From NCBI GenBank assembly GCA_951406725.2, contig OX597820.1, forward strand, positions 88,040,001-88,104,000: a stretch of 64,000 bases of DNA. Direction: 5' to 3'. The position numbers were made by a program, and so were the translations under genes. The notes under the pieces were generated by a model. That model ran no database searches. It saw only the letters and a program-made list of their open reading frames with translations, and was not told where the DNA came from. Source of the DNA: Octopus vulgaris (Eukaryota). Shown here piece by piece: positions 1 to 11,041 of this stretch; position 1 is the first letter of the stretch, and each line of letters starts with the position of its first letter.

Positions 1-456
1 CGATTGCATTACTCAAAATTTTCCTTCTCTTTAAGATGGCAGTGATTTGTGGAAGATCTTAGTTGATATATGCAGCAGAGTGGGCGATCTTGTTTAGACT
101 TCTGTCTTGACTAGTGTGGTTAACAGTCAGACTGGGGAATCGGATAGGGGTAGTTAGGAATGTGTCTGATGGCAGAACAACCAGAAACCAGAACAGGTGC
201 GACTGTACTGACACTTCCTTTTATCTATCTATTTATAATGTACATTTATCTCTGCCTCTACATCCCCCTCCCCCCTCCCTCTCCTTCTCACGCTCTTCTG
301 TCTGTCTGTCTGTCTGTTTATCTATCTATCTATCTTTTTGTATACCATACATGCACTTTATATGCATAAGCACGTGTTTATGTATGTACACACACACACA
401 CACACATATATATGTATGTATGTTTAAATGTGTGTATATATATATATATGTATATG

Positions 457-504
<48 letters not shown>

Positions 505-574
505 TGCTTGTATGTATATATATATATGTGTATGTATATGAATATATATGCATGCATGTATAAATACAGATATT

Positions 575-793
575 TTTTTTTTTTACTTGTTTCAGTCATT
601 TGACTGTGGCCATGCTGGAGCACCGCCTTTAATCAAGCAACTCGACCCCGGGACTTATTCTTTTGTAAGCCCAGTACTTATTCTATCGGTCTCTTTTACC
701 GAACCGCTAAGTAACGGGGACGTAAACATATATACGACGGGCTTCTTTCAGTTTCCGTCTACCAAATCCACTCACAAGTCTTTGGTCGGCCCG
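575..793 (-). mobile_element. SINE family A, internally deleted 3' fragment
   Basis: Reverse complement of the 3' body and tail of the full copy at 24390-24855 (GGCGGTGCTCCAGCATGGCC...TGACTGAAACAAGTAAAA). Confidence 0.85.
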
Positions 794-826
794 ATATATG
801 CATATGAAATTATAAGCGTATATCTG

Positions 827-867
<41 letters not shown>

Positions 868-874
<7 letters not shown>

Positions 875-929
875 GTTAGGATTCCTGGCTTTCATCCAGG
901 CGGCCCGGGTTCGATTCCCGGCATGGGAA
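868..929 (+). pseudogene. tRNA-Glu(TTC)-derived sequence lacking tRNA positions 1-10
   Basis: TCTAGTGGTTAGGATT-CCTGG-CT-TTC-AT-CCAGG-CGGC-CCGGG-TTCGATT-CCCGG-CATGGGA-A. The anticodon stem (TTC), T-arm and 3' acceptor strand are intact; the 5' acceptor strand is replaced by (TA)n. Confidence 0.85.
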
Positions 930-938
930 CGTTATATT

Positions 939-1606
939 ATTCTCAGAACCTTCCAGTCGAGAGATTCCCACGCTATTATCCTTCTCTTCTCCACTTTTGC
1001 CCGACCCCACCTTGAATACTGCTGTCCACTGTGGTCTCCCTGCATAAAACAAAATATTATGAGAATTGAAGCTCCCCAAAGGTCAATCACAAAAAAGATA
1101 GATGGCATGTCAGACCTTGACTACTGGGGTAGACTAGAGAAGCTGAAATTGTATTCACTCCAACGACGCCGTGAACGCTACATTATCTGTATGATGTGGA
1201 AAATATTCCATCAGCACTGTCCGAATGATGTTGGCATCACCTTCAAAATGCATCCAAGGCTTGGACCACGTGCCATCCGTCCACAACAAAAATCTAAATC
1301 GCATCACATAACGACAATACGGCACAACTATTTCACCTCAATTGGACCCGCTCTCTTCAACATTACACCAGGACACGTCAAAAAAGAAACTGACCACACA
1401 AAATTCAAGAAGTCTTTGGACAAATTCCTTCAAACAGTACCGGACAAACCACCCACACCCGGATATGTCTCCGCAAACAATAACTCTCTGCTTGAATGGG
1501 CCTTGGTGCCCAAATCCTGAACTGAAATACTTCGCCAGGTGGTGCTATTAAGTTAGACATGGCCTGGGCCAATACTGGCCAAAACCTTTCTAAGTTTTTC
1601 TAAGTT
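939..1606 (+). mobile_element. CR1/L2-group LINE 3' end (ORF2 C-terminus plus 3' UTR)
   Basis: Open frame 939-1520: ILRTFQSRD...RPHLEYCCPLWSP...RLEKLKLYSLQRRRERY...FKKSLDKFL, typical CR1 ORF2 C-terminal motifs. Ends in a short repeat TTTCTAAGTT before (TA)n. Confidence 0.9.
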
Positions 1607-1767
1607 ATATATATATACACATAGATACACGCGCACATACATATGCCAATATATTTACATGCATAAACGTATAATGATGTGTGTGTTTATGTTGGCGTGC
1701 GTGCGCGTGTATGTGCGTGCGCATGCGAGCATGTATGTATTTGTACTTGTGCATACTTATTAAATGT

Positions 1768-1842
1768 GGAGCCACATAGCCTAGTGCGTAGAGCAGCGGA
1801 CTCGTGGTCGAGGGATCGCGGGTTCGAATCTCAGACCGGGCG
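1768..1842 (+). mobile_element. SINE family C-like tRNA-derived head only
   Basis: A-box and B-box (GGTTCGAATC) head similar to 25263 and 27154; the body is absent. Confidence 0.7.
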
Positions 1843-2525
1843 GTTCTGATTTTCGAAGGATTAATTTTTTGAAGCTCGTCAATAACGATTTGTGAATTTT
1901 CCGCTTAAAGTGATCACATCACTCTTCTCACATTATTGAGTTCCTTTTACTTCCTAAATTAATGAATATACATCCGTCTATGTGTTTGTGTGAATCAGGT
2001 TAAAGACAAGCTTCTTGTTGCTTTCATAGATCAAGCCAACAAAACACAGCGTTCTTTCTTTAAACTAGCCACTCTTTAACGTTTTAGTTCTCTACCTGCA
2101 TAATTGCCAATATTTACTTTGCATCTTAATCTCCGCCATATTTTTCTTCCTTTCTTTCGTCATCACTTTTATATCTCCGAACACTTCTCACCCATGCATG
2201 CGTAACAACTAAACTCTTTCTCATTTTCTTTCATTCTTCAGTGTGTCAAAGCTCTCATAGAGTGATGATGAAGAATGAGCCTATCCGAAACGTCGCAAAC
2301 ACTTCCTCCTGCAGCATACACTCAAATAGAGTCTTTACCAATGCAGCGCACCACTGCTCTTCCTGCGGAACCTTTTTCTTAACAGCCTATGTATGTGTAT
2401 TTGTGCGTGTTTGTATGTATGTGTGTGCGCGTGTATAAACACACACACATACATACATATATATATATGGTGGTGCTCCAGCATGACTGCACCCGTATGG
2501 CTGAAACTTGTAAAAGAGTAAAAGA

Positions 2526-2599
<74 letters not shown>

Positions 2600-3307
2600 C
2601 AAATAATTAACAAGGATGTGAAGCTATGTGAGCATTTCAGGCGGCTCCAGTTAATCGAACAATGCAAGCATTAGATCAATTTAAACTACACCACCATCTT
2701 CGGATGCAAAATATAGGTTTTCAACATACAAGATATTCCATTATAATTTTTAGCAAGTATTTCATCAGAACTAGATAATGAAAGAATTACACGCTGCTAC
2801 TATTGTAGCAGAAAGAAAAAATACTTAGGATAACAGTGAGGGTCGTGAGATGGTAATTTAGCAACAATTTTTATCTATCTCCTTATCATCATCAAAAGAT
2901 CTAATGCAGCAAGTACACTGCGTCCACTAAAAATTAAGATCACTTGGAGTTGACAGTTAAGTTCTTGCTGCTGATAATAAATTAAATATTGTCAGATATT
3001 CACCCAAACCTTAGTTCACTATGGCTATAAATTCCCTTGATCACATAAAGAAACAAATCTCAGAAGTCAGTAAGATAATGGTAAATACCCAGAAAGTGGG
3101 AGGGTAGGGGTGACATAAACTCGTTTTTTATTATTATCAGTTAAAGGGGCCTACAATAGAAAGCAAAAGACGTTACAATGAGACCTAAAGGGCATTAAGG
3201 GTACAAGGGGAAAAATATAACCAAAGTATAGCAAAATCTATATATTATTATATTTTGTATTATAAAAATAAAATTTTAAAATTCTAAAAGGGATATAAGG
3301 ACCAGGT

Positions 3308-3381
3308 AAGATAAGAAGGATATATAGATCAACTGAAGCACTAAAAGATAAGAAGGATATATAGATCAACTGGAGCCCTAA
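3308..3381. repeat. 37-bp direct tandem duplication
   Basis: AAGATAAGAAGGATATATAGATCAACTG(A/G)AGC(A/C)CTAA twice. Confidence 0.9.
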
Positions 3382-3719
3382 AAAAGTAGATTACTTTTAT
3401 ATAAAGCACAAGCTTCATAATACTTCATCCTAGCAAACTTTAAGGTGGTCAGGATAAAATCATTCAAGCAATGAATCCGAATTGCATTCAGAATTCATTC
3501 GAGAAAGAGGTACACATTTTCTCTTTATTGAAAACCAGGGATCAAAGGCAAAAAAAAAAAAAAAATGGCGTAATTGGTTCTATAACAGATAAGCTTATTT
3601 AAAGCTTAAAATTATATTTAAAAATTTCAACATTTATGAAATTTTTTAAAGGATGTAAGGCTATAAGAAGATATAAAAATATAAACACACACACACACAC
3701 AAATATATACATATATGTG

Positions 3720-4030
3720 ACGTCCTGTTTTTGTTGTTGTTATTATTATCATTATTGCTTTTACGTATTTTTGTATTCTTATTCGTGTAACATCGTCCGT
3801 TTTTCCGTCCTTGTTTTGTATACATTCGAGGCTTTCTTCCAAGGAATCTAATGCGCTTGGCTTAGATTTTCCTTTGGGGCTGGCCAGATCAGAGCAATCT
3901 CAAGATTAATCAGCCGAAATTGCGAAGATGATCCGGTTCTTGACTGAAGATTGAAGGCTTCGAATGTCCCGTCCGTGTTTTTTTGTATCGTCTTCTAAAT
4001 GTTTCTTGTCCCAGTTTGTATTTTTTTACA
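3720..4030 (+). mobile_element. Probable Penelope-like pseudo-LTR remnant
   Basis: Carries CGAAA-N24-CTGAAGA followed by a GTCC/TGTTT-rich tract, the same layout as the 836-bp unit and the 9780 and 25020 remnants. Confidence 0.45.
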
Positions 4031-4032
4031 TT

Positions 4033-4111
<79 letters not shown>

Positions 4112-4556
4112 GTATATATATATATATGTATATACGTGCGCGTGTGTGTATCTATATATTTATATATAATAGTGTATAAACAGTTTACATATTTATACAC
4201 GAAGGAGGTGACCTTTGACAGGACACCTTACATGCTAGAAAGGCCAGTTAAAGCCCAAACCACGAAGAAGAGCAATTGTAAAGGGAATGAAAATAAAGAG
4301 TACTTTTGCAGTTACCTTCAGACTCGAATTTCTGTATCAATGTGCAAAATAAATTAATTTGCCATTCGTACTTCTTCAGTGAGGGCGCTAAAAGTAATGC
4401 CTCTTTATGCAGCAAATAGCACCGAAAATACACGTGGTTTATACTTATACATTATAATTTTCAAATCCACCGCGCAGACGCAGTTACATTCGGCAGCAAA
4501 TAATAATAAAACAATTAAAACTGCGTACAAGAAAGGCTTTGAAACCACAAAAATTT

Positions 4557-4749
4557 AACAGTGAAAATAAGAAGGGTAGAAAATTTAGAAAAAATTTCAT
4601 ACCAGTGGCTATCATGCTTAATAAAGGTCACCTCTTTCGTATATAAATACGTAAATTGTTTATACATTATTATATATGAAAATATGTCTATTGGCTTTAT
4701 TACGCATGAAAAGTTATCAAAATTTTCTACCCTTATTATTTTCACAGTG
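4557..4749. mobile_element. Small MITE with about 40-bp terminal inverted repeats
   Basis: CAGTGAAAATAAGAAGGGTAGAAAATTT ... AAATTTTCTACCCTTATTATTTTCACAGTG. Its internal part (4623-4676) is also present inverted at 4164-4216. Confidence 0.7.
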
Positions 4750-4766
4750 TGTATATACATACATAC

Positions 4767-4820
<54 letters not shown>

Positions 4821-4843
4821 TTATATATATGTGTATATATGAG

Positions 4844-4889
<46 letters not shown>

Positions 4890-4895
<6 letters not shown>

Positions 4896-7142
4896 AATAA
4901 AATATATGCATATATATAAACATATATGTACGTACCTACCTCTACATGTACATATACACGCATATATGTGTACAGGACACCAAAAGGACGTCGAACACAT
5001 AGAGAGACGAAAAACATAGACACAAACCAAGGAACAAGACAAGCAAAAAAAGGAAATACAGGACAATAAGCACAACGAAAAATCCCCTTCTTCAGTCGCT
5101 AAAGTTTCATCTACTAAACGTTTCGAAGGATAAAAGCGAGACGTATACTTCGAATGAAAAATTCCTTCCCGCGAAAAGCAAATCAATTAAAATTCTGAGA
5201 TCTTGTCGCAGAGGGGTAAAAAAAAAGGCAAGACGGTAACGACAGTACAAACATATAAACAGTAAAAAATATATATATAAACAGTGGAAAAATAAATATA
5301 TAACAGTGAGAGACAGGACAAGGAGAACAAGATAAGAAGGGCTGTTAACGCCAGACGAAAAAAGTATTGCAAACGCTGGATTATAGTGGACGACGAGAGA
5401 GGAAGATGTCGACCAGTGGCCTTAGAAGGCAGGCGAAAAAGGACGGGATAGCAGTTACGACGGAAGTACGTCGCAGATGGACGACGGGAATGGGGGAGGA
5501 GGAGCAAGAGGAAGAGAGAGAAGAAGGGGAATGGTGCGAGGAGACCATGAAGAACAGTGAGGCGGAGAGAGAGAGGAAGAGACAAGTTAAGTGAGGGAAA
5601 AAAGACGAAAAAGGGAATGGGAGAGAAAGAAAGAAAGATGCAGAGTCGCGTGAGAGTTAATATCAAGGCGAACTTGATAAACAGAACAATCTTACTTAAT
5701 AGGGTGCGTGCGTTTAGTCGTATAATATGTTAATAAAATATATGCATATATATAAACATATATGTACGTACCTACCTCTACATGTACATATACACGCATA
5801 TATGTGTACAGGACACCAAAAGGACGTCGAACACATAGAGAGACGAAAAACATAGACACAAACCAAGGAACAAGACAAGCAAAAAAAGGAAATACAGGAC
5901 AATAAGCACAACGAAAAATCCCCTTCTTCAGTCGCTAAAGTTTCATCTACTAAACGTTTCGAAGGATAAAAGCGAGACGTATACTTCGAATGAAAAATTC
6001 CTTCCCGCGAAAAGCAAATCAATTAAAATTCTGAGATCTTGTCGCAGAGGGGTAAAAAAAAAGGCAAGACGGTAACGACAGTACAAACATATAAACAGTA
6101 AAAAATATATATATAAACAGTGGAAAAATAAATATATAACAGTGAGAGACAGGACAAGGAGAACAAGATAAGAAGGGCTGTTAACGCCAGACGAAAAAAG
6201 TATTGCAAACGCTGGATTATAGTGGACGACGAGAGAGGAAGATGTCGACCAGTGGCCTTAGAAGGCAGGCGAAAAAGGACGGGATAGCAGTTACGACGGA
6301 AGTACGTCGCAGATGGACGACGGGAATGGGGGAGGAGGAGCAAGAGGAAGAGAGAGAAGAAGGGGAATGGTGCGAGGAGACCATGAAGAACAGTGAGGCG
6401 GAGAGAGAGAGGAAGAGAAAGTTAAGTGAGGGAAAAAAGACGAAAAAGGGAATGGGAGAGAAAGAAAGAAAGATGCAGAGTTGCGTGAGAGTTAATATCA
6501 AGGCGAACTTGATAAACAGAACAATCTTACTTAATAGGGTGCGTGCGTTTAGTCGTATAATATGTTAATAAAATATATGCATATATATAAACATATATGT
6601 ACGTACCTACCTCTACATGTACATATACACGCATATATGTGTACAGGACACCAAAAGGACGTCGAACACATAGAGAGACGAAAAACATAGACACAAACCA
6701 AGGAACAAGACAAGCAAAAAAAGGAAATACAGGACAATAAGCACAACGAAAAATCCCCTTCTTCAGTCGCTAAAGTTTCATCTACTAAACGTTTCGAAGG
6801 ATAAAAGCGAGACGTATACTTCGAATGAAAAATTCCTTCCCGCGAAAAGCAAATCAATTAAAATTCTGAGATCTTGTCGCAGAGGGGTAAAAAAAAAGCA
6901 AGACGGTAACGACAGTACAAACATATAAACAGTAAAAAATATATATATAAACAGTGGAAAAATAAATATATAACAGTGAGAGACAGGACAAGGAGAACAA
7001 GATAAGAAGGGCTGTTAACGCCAGACGAAAAAAGTATTGCAAACGCTGGATTATAGTGGACGACGAGAGAGGAAGATGTCGACCAGTGGCCTTAGAAGGC
7101 AGGCGAAAAAGGACGGGATAGCAGTTACGACGGAAGTACGTC
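4890..7142 (-). repeat. Tandem array of 2.7 near-identical 835-836-bp units, probably Penelope-like pseudo-LTRs
   Basis: The unit start GTTAATAAAATATATGC occurs at 4893, 5729 and 6564, and the ORF track repeats identical translations. The repeat itself is certain; the PLE origin is inferred from the ribozyme-like motif and tandem layout. Confidence 0.9.
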
Positions 7143-7339
7143 ATAAATATATATTGATTTCTCTGAACAACCAGCGCTGCTCTTTGCATCCATAAAAACC
7201 CAGCCTTTTCCAGTGCCTTGTCAGAATTTGGAAGATCGGTTAAAATCGAATATTTTGGCTTTTAAAGTCTAGATCCAAATGGCGGTTCCCCAGCATGGCC
7301 ACAGCTCATGAGCTGAAACTAGAATCAATCAATCAATCC

Positions 7340-7845
7340 ATTTCCATATACATCACGTGTGTCAAAGTGCGGTATTGAGGTGAGACAGTCGAAGCCATTA
7401 CCATGATGTATGAAAACTCGCGGAGGTATATGCAAAGCACAGGCTATTGGCAAAGTATTTCCAACAAGAACCCTTTAGAGAGATACTCTAGATTCTTTTC
7501 ACTTTTTAATTGTGGAAGGCTACATTTTTAAGCAAAGGTCTTGACTCAATCCAAAACGAATACTTCACTGTCACGTAGTAGCGATGAAGACGACAACAGA
7601 TCCTGCATCTCTCTGACTTTGGCTGATGATTTTACCAGTGTTAACACTATGGTGTGCAAGACTTGTTAACATTCATTGAGAAAACTGCAGCTAATGTCAG
7701 TCTGTTATTCAATGGAAAAAATTGACTGAAATTCATGACCATTAATGAGGATGAAAGCCACTGCCAATTTGTTTCAACGATGTCACATAAATCAAGACCA
7801 GTTATCTCAAGTAACTTAGGTCCAATGTAGTAGTAGCAGTAGTGA

Positions 7846-7905
<60 letters not shown>

Positions 7906-8160
7906 CATCGATAAGGTATAGGGAATCTATAGACCATCTTGATCCTCACCAGAGGCTTTTAACGCTTAGAGGTACACTAAACTACTTCTGTCAGTCTTAT
8001 AAGAAAAGCCGTTGAAAACGTGTGCTGATTTCCAAAACGGTGAAAGTGTAAACAACCAATTAAAAAGGGTGGCTTATTAGCAATTAGAGCCTAAAGACAA
8101 AATTAATAGAGGTCACAAAAGTGACAGAGGGTACTGACTAGCACCGCTTTTGCTAAAGAT
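7340..8160 (+). mobile_element. Decayed RTE-group LINE reverse transcriptase fragment, split by (TAG)n at 7828-7905
   Basis: Remnant motifs resembling QGDTLAPFLF, DL.FADD (ACTTTGGCTGATGAT) and AANVSLLFNGKK.TEFM. Confidence 0.55.
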
Positions 8161-8209
8161 AAGAGTTAAACTAAGTCAAATATATATATATATCCTGTTG
8201 CTTATTTTG

Positions 8210-8243
<34 letters not shown>

Positions 8244-8245
8244 GG

Positions 8246-8308
<63 letters not shown>

Positions 8309-8964
8309 CGAAAGTTTATCACACAAAAGTCCAAACTGAAAGCTGAAACAGATCCACAACTTATTGTAAAACAAAATATTTGATGCATAGTTGATGCACT
8401 GCTGGAGTGGTCATAGCTGCATCGAGCTTTTGGTAAGTGCATAGATAATGCCAGAAAAATATCGTGCTACAGAGAGGGCCAAAAGAACCCGGATATCTTC
8501 GTTTAGTATCAGTACTGCTCGAGGCCTCTGATGAAAGCAGCTGTGCTGGAAGGTAGCGAAATTGTTTGACAAAACGATGAAGGCAGTGTCCTGCGGCGCC
8601 AGCTGTATGCAATCTACATAATATCGAAGGTGTATTTTGCGGGGAAATTACTTGAGTTGCTAATTTGTAAAAGTACTGAGACAATTACGCCATGGTCGGG
8701 TCATTTTGGCTAATTAAGAACATCTAAAAAATGTGATATTTGTTTTCGTTTATGTCTTCATAGACTATCTAACATCAAATGTCAAAAAGCTTTTGTCGCA
8801 AATAATAATATAACATAATACAATGATATAATGATATACATGTTTATACATGTTTATACATACATACATACATACATACATACATACATACATACGTACA
8901 AACGTACGTACATATATATGCGTGTGTGTGTGTGTGCGTGTGTGTGTGTGTGTGTGTGTGCGTT

Positions 8965-9002
<38 letters not shown>

Positions 9003-9005
<3 letters not shown>

Positions 9006-9722
9006 CCTGGTAGTAAAGTAAAGTCGAGCGCTTCCCTTGATGATGAAATCGTCAACCGTGTTACGAAAGCAACTAAAGCATTCGGCAAACTCCTTCATGG
9101 CCTATGGAATAAAAGAGACATTCAACTTAAAACCAAAGTACAGGTCTGTAAGGCTGCCATTCTTACTACTCTCTTGTATGGCTCAGAATCATGAACACTC
9201 AATAGACGGCACATTAACCAACTAGACATCTTCCACAAAGTCTGTCTCAGGACAATCTGCGGTTATTCATTAAAAGACAGAGTTTCCAATGTACGGTTAG
9301 TGAAATCGGGAGCTTCCCTATGCAATCGCAATTGCACTGGGCTGGCCATGCCGTCAGAATGTGTAACGAAAGAATACCCAAAGTTTTCATGTACAGCCAG
9401 CTTGACAGCGAGCACAGGACTATTGATTGACCATGTCTCAGATATAAGGACAAGCTGAAGAGTAACCTCTTAGCAGTCACGACCCCTTTGAGTAAATAGC
9501 CTTGGAGCGAACAAAATGGAGATCATCGTGTCACAATGGTATAAGAAACTTTATTGCAACCAGCATTAACATGCTTAGGGGAGCAAAGCAGAGGAGAAAA
9601 GCGGCTGCAAATATATCGCCTGCACTGACCCGTAATATTCATACTTGCAACATCTGTGGGCTTCTTTGCAAACCGTTGTCGAGACTCAAATATCACATTT
9701 GGCATAAGCCTTATAACTGACA
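9003..9722 (+). mobile_element. RTE (BovB-like) LINE 3' fragment
   Basis: YPGS..SSASLDDEIVNRVTKATKAFGKL...TTLLYGSES, QLHWAGHAVRM and a C-terminal CxxC..H..H finger; stops and frameshifts present. Confidence 0.9.
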
Positions 9723-9779
9723 AAGAAAGAGTAGGTTGTTAAATCCTCATACGTCGAAAGTGTCGAAACATATACATTA

Positions 9780-10130
9780 TAATAAATGAAAAATGTATGG
9801 TAAATAAACAAACGACACAACGTATACTGAGTGTACAACCGGACGGGTGACAGACACAGAAGGTGCTTAATTCTTCATCAGTTATCAACCAGTTGGTAAT
9901 ACTCAGTTTTGCACCATTAATGATAAGACTGAGAACGCCCTATACTGGCGGTGCCCACAAACATTTGCGGAGAATATAGGGCTGAGAGGAAAACAAAACA
10001 ATACCGAATGGACACACGAAAGTGGATAAATATGATTTAGGACGATGGACAAAGAAACGAGCAAATAATGGATAATAGCAAAATACCTCCTTAGGGCTAA
10101 AAAGTCAAGAACAGTAGGTAAGGTTTAGGA
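9780..10130 (-). mobile_element. Probable Penelope-like pseudo-LTR remnant with permuted hammerhead-like motif
   Basis: Motif at 9862-9915 (-), flanked by GTCC/TGTTT-rich tracts. Confidence 0.45.
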
Positions 10131-10438
10131 GACATCCTAAAGGGTAGAGAGAAGTGAGACAGAGAATTTGTGACTGGTCAGCTACGGGACCTGTGTGAGA
10201 AAGGGAGAGAAAGTAAAGAAAGTTGGCCACGGATCACATGATAGTTGCAGGCAGAGGAGAAAGAGGGCAAGAGAGAGGGAGAGAGAGCGACAGAGTGAAA
10301 ACAGGGGAAGAAAGTAGGAAGGCTAAGAATACAAGAGGGTGAGAAGGAGAAAAAGAAGAAAATGGAAAGGCTAGAATAGAAGTGAGAGGGTGAAAGAAAG
10401 CAAGGGAGAAAGAGTGAAGGCAAGAGAGAGCCACACAG

Positions 10439-10471
<33 letters not shown>

Positions 10472-10657
10472 TGTATGTATGTATGTACGTATGCATGTAT
10501 GCATGTATGCATGTATGTATCTATGTATGTATGTATGCATCTTAATATTTTGCTTAGGCATTGCAAGACTAATAACTTGGTGTAGAACTCACTATACGTA
10601 TGTTTCAGAACGTAATGTAATGCTTTTCCAAATCAATTGCACTCCATACACGATTCT

Positions 10658-10704
10658 CTGATGAAGCTATGAGTCCACTGCATCTTATAGCAGAAACAGC
10701 TGTA
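10658..10704 (+). ncRNA. Degenerate minimal type I hammerhead ribozyme motif (Penelope-like)
   Basis: CTGATGA-A-GCTATGAG..loop..CTTATAGC-A-GAAAC-AGCT-GTA: core boxes, an 8-bp helix II and a palindromic minimal helix III. Helix I no longer pairs. Confidence 0.6.
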
Positions 10705-10960
10705 TGCTAATGAAGTTCATAAGATAAGCATTTATTCCTTTGTCATCTCTGTATCTTATATATATGTTATGGGTATGCGATATCAAATAACAAGACGATA
10801 GGTACATGCAATTAGTGATCAGGTCGACTTTCAGCCTAAACTCGAGCCCTAGGTCCAGATACCGGGTGATTACCTGTTTATGTTGTTTTTTCTTTTCTTT
10901 TTTGCTCGGTATTACCTATACATATAAGTGTGTGTGTATTTATGTGTGCGTTTTGTGCGT

Positions 10961-11039
<79 letters not shown>

Positions 11040-11041
<2 letters not shown>

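Noticed and set aside
4821-7189. Repeated ORFs (MICFSREG.., MQTLDYSG..) as a tandem gene family
   Set aside because: Low-complexity, no recognisable domain, and the frames change between units through single-base indels.
8528-8570. CTGATGA...GCGAAAT as a hammerhead
   Set aside because: Helix II and helix III pairing is too weak to distinguish from chance.
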